NCBI GenBank assembly: GCA_020723305.1
Contig: DYJC01000001.1
Coordinates: 392,661-456,660 of the forward strand
Source of the DNA: Desulfosudis oleivorans
Lineage (GTDB): Bacteria; Desulfobacterota; Desulfobacteria; Desulfobacterales; SURF-7
Reading direction: 5' to 3'
DNA length: 64,000 nucleotides
Made by a program: the position numbers and the translations under genes. This document shows positions 1 to 9,259 of this stretch, in pieces (positions within the stretch are counted from its first letter, which is position 1; the number at the start of each line of letters is the position of its first letter). The notes under the pieces were generated by a model. The model saw only the letters and a list, made by a program, of their open reading frames with translations, was not told the DNA's origin and searched no databases.

Positions 1-1659
1 ATGAAAGAAGTGTTCGATTCGTATCTTTTCCTGCTTGCTGAAGTTGTTGTTCGCCCAAGCATTGAACAGTTCATAACCGATCATGATATGGGTGATACCT
101 CTTTTTTTCAGTTCAGATAAAATTTCTGCCTGGAGATTCGTTTCTTTTATGATCTTTGCAAATAAGGAAAAGTTGAAGATCATTTTCCGATCACTATAGT
201 AATACCGGTTGCCTGTAAAAACAGGCAAGATGACAGCATCTTCTGGAAGATGCTGATTCGCATACTTCATGACTGCATATTCCGGATGATATTTTTCAAT
301 ATATTGATCCCGATCAACCTGGCCTGTCAGATAGGTCATAGGTTCAACATGTTTGAACAGATCGACAACATAACCAGCGTTCATACAGAGCATCCATCCT
401 ATGATAGCTCCTAAAACAGTATATTGCAGTAATCTACCTAAAAAAGAACTACCCTGACGAGCCCTTTCCACCAGGTTGTGAAGTCCAAACATGGATAATA
501 CAACCAGAGGAGGGATAATAGGTGAAAGATATCGGATTCTGACATCATGAGTGAAAAAAACGAACAACAGAAACAAAACAGAAAAGAGAAACATAATTCT
601 CATTTCAAAAACAAAATGTAACCGGTTGTTCTTTTTTTTGTATCTGAAAAATGCAAAAAAGGGCAGTAAAAATAAAAAAGGATTCAGTTTGCCATCAAAA
701 TATTTGGGGTTGTTATCCTCGCCCTGAAAAAATATACGGATGGGAACCAATGCCGTTTGCCACCAGGTTTCCCTGTAAACATATTTTCGAAGGGCTATCG
801 GCCCAAATTGTTTCCCAGTGTAATGAGTTGAAATACTTTTTCCTGTTTCTTTTCCCCTTTCAACCGTCTGTTTGCTGAAAAATTGATGATAAAGCGGATA
901 TACAGGATTTTTTTTCCACACATAATTGCGAATCATCCAGGGTGAGAAGCAGAGAGCTGAAATAACCACGAAAAAAATGGCATGCCGTATCGCAGCAAAA
1001 GAACTCGCAGATTCAGCAGGTGCGGATCGTATATAAACAAAAGGCACAATAAGGGATGTCAGCACAAATAGAATCAAGGCATTGTATTTGATCCCCATTG
1101 CCACGCCACAACATAAGGCGGAAAAAAATAAAAATCTGACTGCATGTTTTTTTTCGCACCACTCCATTATAAACATCAGAGAAGCAAATGAGAAAAAAAT
1201 TAGCCCAAGGTCAACATATGCTGTAATGGATAGCTTGACAATCAACGGGATGGAAAGGAAAAACAGCACCCCCAGACTTCCATATAAACTGCCAATGCGT
1301 TTTTTCAGATAATAATAAATGAGAAACGCTGTGAACAACGCAAATGAAAAATGAATATATTTTGGAATGATATCATTTCCAAAATATAGCGGGATCAGAT
1401 ACAGAATATCCATGTTCATTGGATAATAACTGAATTTGATCGATGGGATCTCGTACACACCTCCATGTTCTATGTACAGCTTGGGTACAGCAAGATGGTG
1501 TGTCAATTCATCCCGGTTAACCGGCGGAACAGAGGATAAAACAAGAATTGAAATCGTCAGAATGGAAATAGAAATCAACAAAGCGGACTGGATGAGCCTC
1601 CGAATGCGGAATTCTGAAAAACAAGTTATATCTATATTCTTGTCCATTGGTTGAGTCAT
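1..1659 (-). CDS. GT-C fold membrane glycosyltransferase, ArnT/PMT_2-like (partial; C-terminus runs off the left window edge)
   Basis: The reverse frame is open from the ATG (complement of 1657-1659) to position 1 with no stop, so it is missing from the complete-ORF track. My translation begins MTQPMDKNIDITCFSEFRIRR. It has many hydrophobic segments and an early acidic loop motif (PPVNRDELTHHL), as in GT39/GT83-type lipid-linked-sugar transferases. It lies 39 bp downstream of the VKOR-DsbA gene on the same strand. Confidence 0.6.
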   Translation of the reverse strand, partial: MTQPMDKNIDITCFSEFRIRRLIQSALLISISILTISILVLSSVPPVNRDELTHHLAVPKLYIEHGGVYEIPSIKFSYYPMNMDILYLIPLYFGNDIIPKYIHFSFALFTAFLIYYYLKKRIGSLYGSLGVLFFLSIPLIVKLSITAYVDLGLIFFSFASLMFIMEWCEKKHAVRFLFFSALCCGVAMGIKYNALILFVLTSLIVPFVYIRSAPAESASSFAAIRHAIFFVVISALCFSPWMIRNYVWKKNPVYPLYHQFFSKQTVERGKETGKSISTHYTGKQFGPIALRKYVYRETWWQTALVPIRIFFQGEDNNPKYFDGKLNPFLFLLPFFAFFRYKKKNNRLHFVFEMRIMFLFSVLFLLFVFFTHDVRIRYLSPIIPPLVVLSMFGLHNLVERARQGSSFLGRLLQYTVLGAIIGWMLCMNAGYVVDLFKHVEPMTYLTGQVDRDQYIEKYHPEYAVMKYANQHLPEDAVILPVFTGNRYYYSDRKMIFNFSLFAKIIKETNLQAEILSELKKRGITHIMIGYELFNAWANNNFSKQEKIRIEHFFH

Positions 1660-1698
1660 TTTATCCGGTATAAAAAAATAATGGCCCAAGATTCATCT

Positions 1699-2883
1699 TC
1701 AATCGACTACCTTTGATAACACATCATCGGGCAGTTGCCCCAGGTAAACTTTGCCATTGATAACGTAAGCCGGAGTACCGCTGATCCCAAGTTTCAATCC
1801 AGACCGGATATCCGCGTCAAGATGGGTACGGGTATCCTTGTCAAAAAAAGCAGCCACCAGATCTTTGTCATCCAAACCGATTTTTACGGATAACTCTTTT
1901 ACGTTAATCTCACCTTTTTGAACTGCCGCATCAAACAAAAGGTCATTCAGTTCCCAGAATTTTCCTTTCTTCGCAGCATGAATGGCTAACAATGCCAGAC
2001 TTCCGGAACCGATATGGAAAGGCTCCCTGACAATCGGATTAAACCGATGATCCATAGGATAATGACGGTGAACCAGACGGATTTGATCCGGTTTTTCCCC
2101 TACAAGATTCCGGATAAAAAAATGCATTTTCTTGCATTGAAAACACTGATAATCTGTGAATTCAGTGATTTCCAGTACTGGATTTTTCGCACCGATCCAG
2201 GGGTGACCGTCTGCAGTTATGCCGGTAGGAAGTTCTCTTGATATTTCTTTTATAGAGAATGTCCAGTAATTAGGGAAAACAAAGAAAAGAGAAAAAAAAC
2301 AAATGGCGAATATCCCCATTATGGGGACACTTTTTTTCCTCATAACCCACAGAAAAGCCAGATCCCGATGACTGCTTTGAATAACGCCATGAATATGAAA
2401 CCGTTTCCGGATGATCCATGTTAAGTATAAAAGAAAAAAATTGACCCCAAAACTGAAGAGACACATGATGCAGTAACTGTGAATATATACGGTTGAGATG
2501 ATGGCAAGAATAATGCTGTAAACACTGAACGTCAGTGCAATCAGAAAAAGCAGTGACCAGAGCGGACGATCCTCTCCTTGCTGTTTCCAGGCAAAGGATA
2601 GCAAAAGTAAAAAAAAGGTATATCCAACAATTCCCCAGACCGGCACCGGAATATTCAGAAAGATGGAATAAGGGCTCTGAGAAACCGTATCACAGTTAAT
2701 GGATTTGGATAAGGCGCAGAAACTTTTATATCCGATATCTGTATAAACCCTGTAATGGGAAATCGACAAGTAAATGGAATCGGAAAGCCCCAGAATGGCA
2801 AGTAACAAAACAGTTAAAAAATATGCCTCATACGGAAGCGGTTTTATTTCTTTTTTTGTTTTCACCTTTTCTACAACCCTCAT
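1699..2883 (-). CDS. VKOR-DsbA fusion protein (DsbB-replacing disulfide bond formation enzyme)
   Basis: The N-terminal polytopic domain has the loop cysteine pair FCALSKSINC and the CIMC (CxxC) active site typical of bacterial VKOR. The C-terminal soluble domain has the thioredoxin/DsbA CxxC (YQCFQC). Confidence 0.8.
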   Translation of the reverse strand: MRVVEKVKTKKEIKPLPYEAYFLTVLLLAILGLSDSIYLSISHYRVYTDIGYKSFCALSKSINCDTVSQSPYSIFLNIPVPVWGIVGYTFFLLLLSFAWKQQGEDRPLWSLLFLIALTFSVYSIILAIISTVYIHSYCIMCLFSFGVNFFLLYLTWIIRKRFHIHGVIQSSHRDLAFLWVMRKKSVPIMGIFAICFFSLFFVFPNYWTFSIKEISRELPTGITADGHPWIGAKNPVLEITEFTDYQCFQCKKMHFFIRNLVGEKPDQIRLVHRHYPMDHRFNPIVREPFHIGSGSLALLAIHAAKKGKFWELNDLLFDAAVQKGEINVKELSVKIGLDDKDLVAAFFDKDTRTHLDADIRSGLKLGISGTPAYVINGKVYLGQLPDDVLSKVVD

Positions 2884-2888
2884 TATTA

Positions 2889-4682
2889 TTATAAAATCTT
2901 ATCGCTCAACATTTCCCTGGCTTTTTTCAAATTCTTTTCCACGCCCGGCATGTCCGGTTTGATGGTAATCGCTTTTTGAAAAAAAAAGACCGCTTTTCTG
3001 AAGTCCTTCTGATTCGCATAAAAAACGCCTATGTTATTATATATCCCTGCATCATCCGGATCAAGCGCTGCTGCTATAGTGAAATGGTCGATGGCCTTAT
3101 CAAACCGCTTTTGAAGACCATAAATCCTGCCAAGACGAATGTGTACATCTTTATCCTCCGGCCGAGTCACCAGTAGCCTTGAGAACTGATCTATCGCATC
3201 ATTGAACCGATTCCGAGCCACAAAAGCAAGCCCCAAATTATAACGTGCATCATCATATTCCGGGTTGATTCTCAATGCTTCCTGAAAATGCGGTATTGCT
3301 TGGTGTGCATGACCTTTTTGAGACAAAGCACATCCCAGATTGTTATTCGCAATCCAGTTTCCCGAAGTCACTTCAATAGCATGTCGAAATAACTGAATGC
3401 TGTTTTTCCAATATCGCGTTTGAACATGGGCAGATATTGTCATGCACAGGCCGAAAATCATTGCACACAAAGCCAATTTTTTTTTTCTATGAACCCAGCC
3501 GGTCGTCAAGTCCGCAGCACCCCATGAAATGATGATAAAAATACCAATCAGTGGGATATATGTATATCGATCGGCCATGGACTGAGATCCGATTTGAACC
3601 AGGCCGATAACAGGCACCAATGTTCCGATATACCATAACCATCCTACAATAATATATGGAAATCGTTTTACTACCATAAATCCGATTGTGGGGACGACAG
3701 CAAATACGACGCCGGCAAGAACGATCTCATCCATCAAAAAAGAGGATGGATAGGGATAAATGACTGCCAAATCAAAGGGCCAAATCATTTTTTCAATATA
3801 GGCAATATAGGTTATCAGGGCATTGGCAATCCTGTCCCAAAGCGGAAACATCGTTACAGCCCCGACCGCTCCTCCTTTTTGTTGAACCAGGAGTGTGATG
3901 AAACATGATCCCATTGCAATAATAACCAAAGGTAATTTTTCGATACTGAATCGCAGAACCAGCGATGTAAAACCATAGCTTCTTTGTTGGCTTTTTTCTT
4001 CGCAGGGAATATTCTGATCATAACGTCTTAAAGGCCAGTAGTCCATGAGAAGCAATATAAACGGAAGGGTCACCAGCATGGGTTTGGACATCAGACTCAG
4101 TGAATAAAAAATCAGGACCAAGCTATAGAGATATCTTCCTGGATTTTTTACATATCGAACATATCCCCACAGGGTTATTAGCCCAAAAAAAGTGCTCAAA
4201 ACATCCTTACGTTCTGCTACCCATGCTACAGATTCTACATGAAGCGGATGAATAGCGAAAAGAACCGCAAGAAAACAACTCTTCCAGAGATCATCGGTCA
4301 TTTTCCGAAATAGAAAAAAGATCAGGAATGAATTTGCGATATGAAAAAGCATATTGGTAAAATGATGAGCACCAGGATTCATTCCATAGATCTGTATATC
4401 CATCATATGGGAGATCCATGTTAATGGATGCCAGTTGCTTGCATATGATGTTGAAAATGCCCGGATCATGTTTTGAACATTCAAGCCCTGTGCGATATGG
4501 GGATTTGATGTAATATATGTTTCATCATCATAGTTGATAAAGTCATGGGTTCTTGTTTGAAAAAAAACGAAGAAAATCAAGACAAGCAGGAGGAGATAAA
4601 CCGGATAATCCGCAAGGGTTCGACGGAAGACTTTTTCTTCGCTTCTCGACATAAAAGTTCTCATATCTACCGCTCTCATCAA
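2889..4682 (-). CDS. TMTC-like GT-C membrane protein with C-terminal TPR repeats (putative protein O-glycosyltransferase)
   Basis: Polytopic N-terminal domain with first-loop FINYDDETY and an IHPLHVESVAWVAERKD motif. The C-terminal has several TPR units (NLGCALSQKGHAHQAIPHFQEALRINP and similar). It sits 5 bp upstream of the VKOR-DsbA gene. Confidence 0.7.
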   Translation of the reverse strand: MMRAVDMRTFMSRSEEKVFRRTLADYPVYLLLLVLIFFVFFQTRTHDFINYDDETYITSNPHIAQGLNVQNMIRAFSTSYASNWHPLTWISHMMDIQIYGMNPGAHHFTNMLFHIANSFLIFFLFRKMTDDLWKSCFLAVLFAIHPLHVESVAWVAERKDVLSTFFGLITLWGYVRYVKNPGRYLYSLVLIFYSLSLMSKPMLVTLPFILLLMDYWPLRRYDQNIPCEEKSQQRSYGFTSLVLRFSIEKLPLVIIAMGSCFITLLVQQKGGAVGAVTMFPLWDRIANALITYIAYIEKMIWPFDLAVIYPYPSSFLMDEIVLAGVVFAVVPTIGFMVVKRFPYIIVGWLWYIGTLVPVIGLVQIGSQSMADRYTYIPLIGIFIIISWGAADLTTGWVHRKKKLALCAMIFGLCMTISAHVQTRYWKNSIQLFRHAIEVTSGNWIANNNLGCALSQKGHAHQAIPHFQEALRINPEYDDARYNLGLAFVARNRFNDAIDQFSRLLVTRPEDKDVHIRLGRIYGLQKRFDKAIDHFTIAAALDPDDAGIYNNIGVFYANQKDFRKAVFFFQKAITIKPDMPGVEKNLKKAREMLSDKIL

Positions 4683-4695
4683 TCAACCGGATCCT

Positions 4696-6336
4696 TCATG
4701 GCTTTTGCTGCATCCCTTTTTCCGTTTTCTGATACTCAAACGCTTTTTCCAGATTTTTTTTTGCTTCCACATAGATTGGTAGAATTCGAATGGCCTCCTG
4801 GAAGTGACGTATTGCTTCTTCCAGTTTTCCATTCAAGGAGAGGGCAACGCCATAATTATTATGAGCAAACGCTGACTTTGGGTTCAACTGAATTGCTTTA
4901 GACAACACCACTAATGCTTCTTCATTTCTGCCTGCTCTAATCAAGGATGTTCCAAGGCAGGTATGAGGCCTTTCTTTATTCGGTGATTTCCGGGTACAAT
5001 CAGCAAAAAGCGAAACCTCATTCCTCCAAACAATGTTTCTCTGGTAGGTCCAGAATGACAAGATTGCGATCACAATGCACAGGATCACTTTTGATAGCCG
5101 ATCTGATCTGATATAGGAAAAAAACAAGCAGGCTGGTAAAATGAACGCAAGCATAGAAGGCAGATACAGACGATGCTCAAATATGATCTCAAGTCCGATT
5201 ACAGATGACTCCATGACAAGATTGCCCAGGAACCAGCATATGCAAAAAGAGAAAACTCTTTCGCTTCTGGCGATACGGATTGCAAGAATCATCATTCCGG
5301 CAATTATTCCCAAACTCAGAAGAGTCGTAACAGGGTTCAGTAGTGAAAGAGAAAGGGGAAAATCATAATCCAGGTTTAACCGGGAAGGATGTGGATAAGC
5401 CAAAAGGGTTATATAATGAACCACCACCCGGGGTTCGGTCAACAGTCGCTGAGCAAGGGTAAAATTTCGTGTTTTATACTGGGACAGTATTTTTTCAACA
5501 GGATTTCCTCCAATATAACTAATCGATAAAAAAAGAAAAAACAGAAAAATACCCAACAAACGGGGGACGTTCTTCTTCAGCCACTTTCGATCCAGGTTCT
5601 GGAAAAAAAACCACTCATACAGAAAAATAAAAAATGGCAGGGTTGCTGCATTTTCCTTGGAGCATAAAGCAAGCACTCCGGACAAAGATGAACCAAAAAA
5701 AAATAAATAAACGAATCCAGGATGCCTTTTCACCGTTTCTGTTTTATTTTGAACGCAAAGCATTCTGGCTTTTGCATATAAAAACAATGACAGAAGATAA
5801 AACAAGGCGGCCATACTGGTCATTCTCTGTATGATATAAGTGACTGCCTGGGTCTGGACAGGATGAACCAACCAGATCAATGCCGCCATAAAAGGAATGA
5901 GCCTGTTTTGACATCGGGAAGGGCAATGAATTCTGAAAGTGATTTTGATAAAAAAATAAAGCACCATGCCGGAAGCGATATGGACCATGATATTGAACAG
6001 ATGATAGCCCAGTACATTGTACTGACCGAAATAATAATTCAGGGAAAGACTGATATTGGATAACGGACGTTTGGATCGAAGGCTTTTCAATGCTGCATCG
6101 TATACAGTGTCCCACGTCAGTTCTGAAACACGAATATATTGATTATTCAGTATGTTTGCGGCATCATCCAAAACAAATGGAGAACCCAGTGTATGGGAGT
6201 ATAAGGTTATTGTGATTGCTGAAAACAGAACCATTGCCAGTAGATCCCGACTGATGAAACCTGATTGAGCCGGATATGGCTTGGGTGTGTATGTACCTGA
6301 CTTGAAATAACCTTTTTGAATATCCATCGATTGCAA
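4696..6336 (-). CDS. TMTC-like GT-C membrane protein with C-terminal TPR repeats (paralog 2)
   Basis: Motifs PFVLDDAANI, VHPVQTQAVTYIIQRM and SVIGLEIIFEHRLYLPSM (DUF1736-like segment), followed by C-terminal TPRs. It is a paralog of 6371..8365. Confidence 0.7.
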   Translation of the reverse strand: MQSMDIQKGYFKSGTYTPKPYPAQSGFISRDLLAMVLFSAITITLYSHTLGSPFVLDDAANILNNQYIRVSELTWDTVYDAALKSLRSKRPLSNISLSLNYYFGQYNVLGYHLFNIMVHIASGMVLYFFIKITFRIHCPSRCQNRLIPFMAALIWLVHPVQTQAVTYIIQRMTSMAALFYLLSLFLYAKARMLCVQNKTETVKRHPGFVYLFFFGSSLSGVLALCSKENAATLPFFIFLYEWFFFQNLDRKWLKKNVPRLLGIFLFFLFLSISYIGGNPVEKILSQYKTRNFTLAQRLLTEPRVVVHYITLLAYPHPSRLNLDYDFPLSLSLLNPVTTLLSLGIIAGMMILAIRIARSERVFSFCICWFLGNLVMESSVIGLEIIFEHRLYLPSMLAFILPACLFFSYIRSDRLSKVILCIVIAILSFWTYQRNIVWRNEVSLFADCTRKSPNKERPHTCLGTSLIRAGRNEEALVVLSKAIQLNPKSAFAHNNYGVALSLNGKLEEAIRHFQEAIRILPIYVEAKKNLEKAFEYQKTEKGMQQKP

Positions 6337-6370
6337 TTTACGTTACAGGCGCCTGCCTGTTCATATACAA

Positions 6371-8365
6371 TTATTCGATATTATTTAATGATTGCTTTAT
6401 AAAACCATGTTTCCGTTTCCGGATGACTCTTTCCAGATTTATTCTGGCTTCCTGATAATCAGGTTTGATTTCCAATGCGGTTTTCAGAACACGAATCGCC
6501 TGCAAGGTTCTTCCTGTCTGAATCAGCGCCACACCCAAATTATTGGCTGCCTCTGCATAGCGTTTATCAATTTGCAGAGCTTTGGAATAGGAAGCAATCG
6601 CTTCCGTCATGTTTACCTGAGAGTAATGAATATTTCCAATACAATTATATGCCTGAGCTGAATTGGGTTTTATCCGTATTGCTTCCCGGCAGTGCTTCAT
6701 GGCCTGGTCTGTTTTTCCATCAACAAGCAATGCAGTGCCGAGATTAATATGAGCATATACAAAATCAGGCTGCAATCGTAAGGCTTCTCGATAATGAGTG
6801 ATTGCCTGATCCTTTTTTCCTTGCATAAACAACTCCAACCCGAGATTGGTGTGAAGTGACGCCTTTTCAGGATCTATTCTGAGTGCTGTCTGATAATGTT
6901 TCACAGCCTCATGAGTCATACCCTTTTCAGCCAGGGCAATCCCAAGGTTATAATGAGGTCTGAACTTATTCGGGGATTTTAAAATGCAATCTTCAAGAAG
7001 AGTAATTTCATTATTCCATATTTTATTTCTGGTATAGGTCCATACAGAAAAAACCATAACCAGCAAGCAAAGGAAAATGGTTGTAAACCGGTTGACTCCG
7101 ATATACCGGTAACAAAATACTACCAGTAATAAACAAATCATCATGGAAGGCAGATACAGACGATGCTCAAATATGATCTCAAGTCCGATCACGGAAGACT
7201 CAATCACAAGGTTTCCGAAATACCAGAGAATGCAAAATGAGACCAGTCTTTGCTTTTTAGCCGTTACCAATGAAAAAACAATACAGAAAAAAATGATGCA
7301 CAGACAGATCAAGGTGGTAACCGGATCTGTAATAGATCTGGATAATGGGAAATCATGCTCCAGATTCAATTGCGAAGGATGAGGGAACAGCAGTAGACCC
7401 ATATAAAAAATCACTACACGGAACTCTGTAAACAGACGCTGAACCATGGTGAAATCTCGTTTGTCATACATGGTTCCTATTTTTGCTAAAGGATTTTCAC
7501 CCAGGTAAAGCAGCGCGAATATCAAAAATAATACCAGCACACCTGAAAACCGAAAAAAATTGTGTTTCAACCAGGAACCCCTCATGTCCTGGAAAAAGAA
7601 CCATTCATACAAAAACAGGAACAATGGCAAAGTGGCAGCGACCTCCTTGGCCCCTACAGCCATGATACCGGCAGTCAGGGAACCCAGAAAAAAGAGATAG
7701 ACAGATACAGGATATGGATTTGTTACGGATATAAGTTTACCATTTTTGAACTTCTGAACATCCTCCTGCCTTTCGAGCATCAGCAATCTGGCCTTTACAT
7801 ATAGAAACATTGCAATCATATAAAACATGGATGACATACTATTCATCCTTTGAACAATATAGGTTACCGACTGGGTCTGAATTGGATGAACCATCCAGAT
7901 TGCTGCCGCAAAAATAGGAATTGCCCGGTGAGCTAAAGCCGGACAGGGATAAACCCTTCTTGTAATCAGGATAAAATAGTATAAAAATATCCCGGAAATT
8001 ATATGTACCAGGATATTAAAAAGATGGTATCCAGAAACGTGATATCCATTCAGGTAGTAGTTCATAGCAAAACTTATATTTGCTACCGGCCTGTTTTTAA
8101 GATGGCCTTTCATAGCTGCTGCTGTCAGACTGTCCAGAGAAAGCTCCGTCATCCGGATATGAGGATTGGAAATAATATTATTGACATCATCAAACAAAAA
8201 AGGAACATGAAGGGTATTGGAATATATAAAAAATACAATCAAGATCAGGAGCATCAGGAGCCGGCTTTCATACTCCTTTGAAATTTTTAAAAGACCATTC
8301 CCCTCGCTGATGTTGTCGTATGTCTTCAAAACAGGATGCTGCCTTTGTGTCATACTTAGTTGCAT
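6371..8365 (-). CDS. TMTC-like GT-C membrane protein with long C-terminal TPR array (paralog 3)
   Basis: Motifs PFLFDDVNNI, VHPIQTQSVTYIVQRM and SVIGLEIIFEHRLYLPSM, followed by multiple TPR units up to the C-terminus. Confidence 0.7.
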   Translation of the reverse strand: MQLSMTQRQHPVLKTYDNISEGNGLLKISKEYESRLLMLLILIVFFIYSNTLHVPFLFDDVNNIISNPHIRMTELSLDSLTAAAMKGHLKNRPVANISFAMNYYLNGYHVSGYHLFNILVHIISGIFLYYFILITRRVYPCPALAHRAIPIFAAAIWMVHPIQTQSVTYIVQRMNSMSSMFYMIAMFLYVKARLLMLERQEDVQKFKNGKLISVTNPYPVSVYLFFLGSLTAGIMAVGAKEVAATLPLFLFLYEWFFFQDMRGSWLKHNFFRFSGVLVLFLIFALLYLGENPLAKIGTMYDKRDFTMVQRLFTEFRVVIFYMGLLLFPHPSQLNLEHDFPLSRSITDPVTTLICLCIIFFCIVFSLVTAKKQRLVSFCILWYFGNLVIESSVIGLEIIFEHRLYLPSMMICLLLVVFCYRYIGVNRFTTIFLCLLVMVFSVWTYTRNKIWNNEITLLEDCILKSPNKFRPHYNLGIALAEKGMTHEAVKHYQTALRIDPEKASLHTNLGLELFMQGKKDQAITHYREALRLQPDFVYAHINLGTALLVDGKTDQAMKHCREAIRIKPNSAQAYNCIGNIHYSQVNMTEAIASYSKALQIDKRYAEAANNLGVALIQTGRTLQAIRVLKTALEIKPDYQEARINLERVIRKRKHGFIKQSLNNIE

Positions 8366-8477
8366 CTTTCTTATTCCAGTTGATTTTTTCTAATTTTGTT
8401 AAATTTCTAACCGGAAACAATTGATAAAACAAGTCCTGTTTCGGTATTGTGTTGGAAAATATAGCTTGCCGCCAATG

Positions 8478-8515
8478 AAAAAACCAGGGGAGAGGACTTT
8501 CCCCCTCTTCCCTGG
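8478..8515 (-). terminator. Rho-independent terminator after the pilin gene
   Basis: On the minus strand, ccagggaagagg-gggaaagt-cctctcccctgg forms a 12-bp stem with one G-U pair. It is followed by a T6 run and lies about 40 nt after the pilin stop. Confidence 0.65.
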
Positions 8516-8554
8516 TTTTGATTCTGATTAAAACCAACAAATTGGAATGATAAA

Positions 8555-8926
8555 TTACAGTGTTTTTCCAGTCGTTGTAAATCGAGGACATCTGCCGGAT
8601 GTATCAGTTACTGTAACCCTGTATTGGTTTGAACCGAGGTCAGTGATGGTCCAATCATTATTGTTGGATACGGCGATTACAGGTCCGGAATCATCAGTTA
8701 ATCTTGCTACTGATATAGCCCGATTCGCCGGATCGGCAAAGTAATCCGCAATAGCGCCCATAATGGTCTGCACGTCTGTTTCAGCTCCGGAGCAGTATGC
8801 TTTATCCCGATAGGAGATAAAATTCGGAATTGCGATGGCTGCCAGGATGCCGATAATTGCGATAACGATCATGAGCTCGATCAGGGTAAAACCTTTTTCA
8901 GAATTGCCTCTCAATCTTTGTAGCAT
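8555..8926 (-). CDS. pilA: Type IV major pilin (type IVa, 12-aa leader)
   Basis: [12 protein letters not shown]|[24 protein letters not shown] is a class III signal peptide with conserved G-1/F+1/E+5. The protein has two Cys (AYCSG, GRCPR) and a Thr/Ser-rich C-terminus. A strong RBS (aaggagg) precedes the ATG. Confidence 0.88.
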   Translation of the reverse strand: MLQRLRGNSEKGFTLIELMIVIAIIGILAAIAIPNFISYRDKAYCSGAETDVQTIMGAIADYFADPANRAISVARLTDDSGPVIAVSNNNDWTITDLGSNQYRVTVTDTSGRCPRFTTTGKTL

Positions 8927-9092
8927 GGTGTTCCTCCTTTTTGATTGTTGTTGTTGTTGCTCTTGTTGTTGTTCTTTTGTATGATTGTTGTAAAAAAAAC
9001 AAATTTATTTTATTTTTTCCCTTTCTAAACATCAAATCACATAAAAAATTCTATCGAAAAACTGAAAAAATCAAATATCAGCTTATGGTTTA

Positions 9093-9108
9093 AGCAAAAA
9101 AAATGCCA
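9093..9108 (-). promoter_or_regulatory. Sigma-54 (-24/-12) promoter of pilA
   Basis: The minus strand reads TGGCATTTTTTTTGCT, which is TGGCAT-N5-TTGCT. This matches TGGCAC-N5-TTGCW in sequence and spacing, about 170 nt upstream of the pilA ATG. Confidence 0.7.
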
Positions 9109-9229
9109 TCGCTTATCAATTAAAGTAATCATGCAACATACTGTTTATACATAATATATTTTATTTTCAAAATCTTTATGACTTGTTCAGATCCTTGAGT
9201 CACCAAAAAATGTCACAAATCCTGATTGA

Positions 9230-9246
9230 CTGACAAAAATTGTCAG
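9230..9246. promoter_or_regulatory. Perfect palindrome CTGACA-N5-TGTCAG, candidate enhancer (UAS) for the adjacent sigma-54 activator
   Basis: ctgacaaaaattgtcag lies about 125-140 bp upstream of the -24/-12 element in the pilA direction. Another TGTC occurs at 9211-9214. Confidence 0.4.
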
Positions 9247-9259
9247 CCTTCTCTCCTTT

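Noticed and set aside
651-1654. Three plus-strand ORFs of 72-76 aa.
   Set aside because: All lie antisense to the long open reverse frame encoding the partial ArnT-like membrane protein.
8268-8591. A 107-aa minus-strand ORF spanning the pilA/TMTC-like intergenic region.
   Set aside because: It overlaps the pilin 3' end and the terminator hairpin and runs into the next gene start, so it is out of frame with real genes. There is no RBS.
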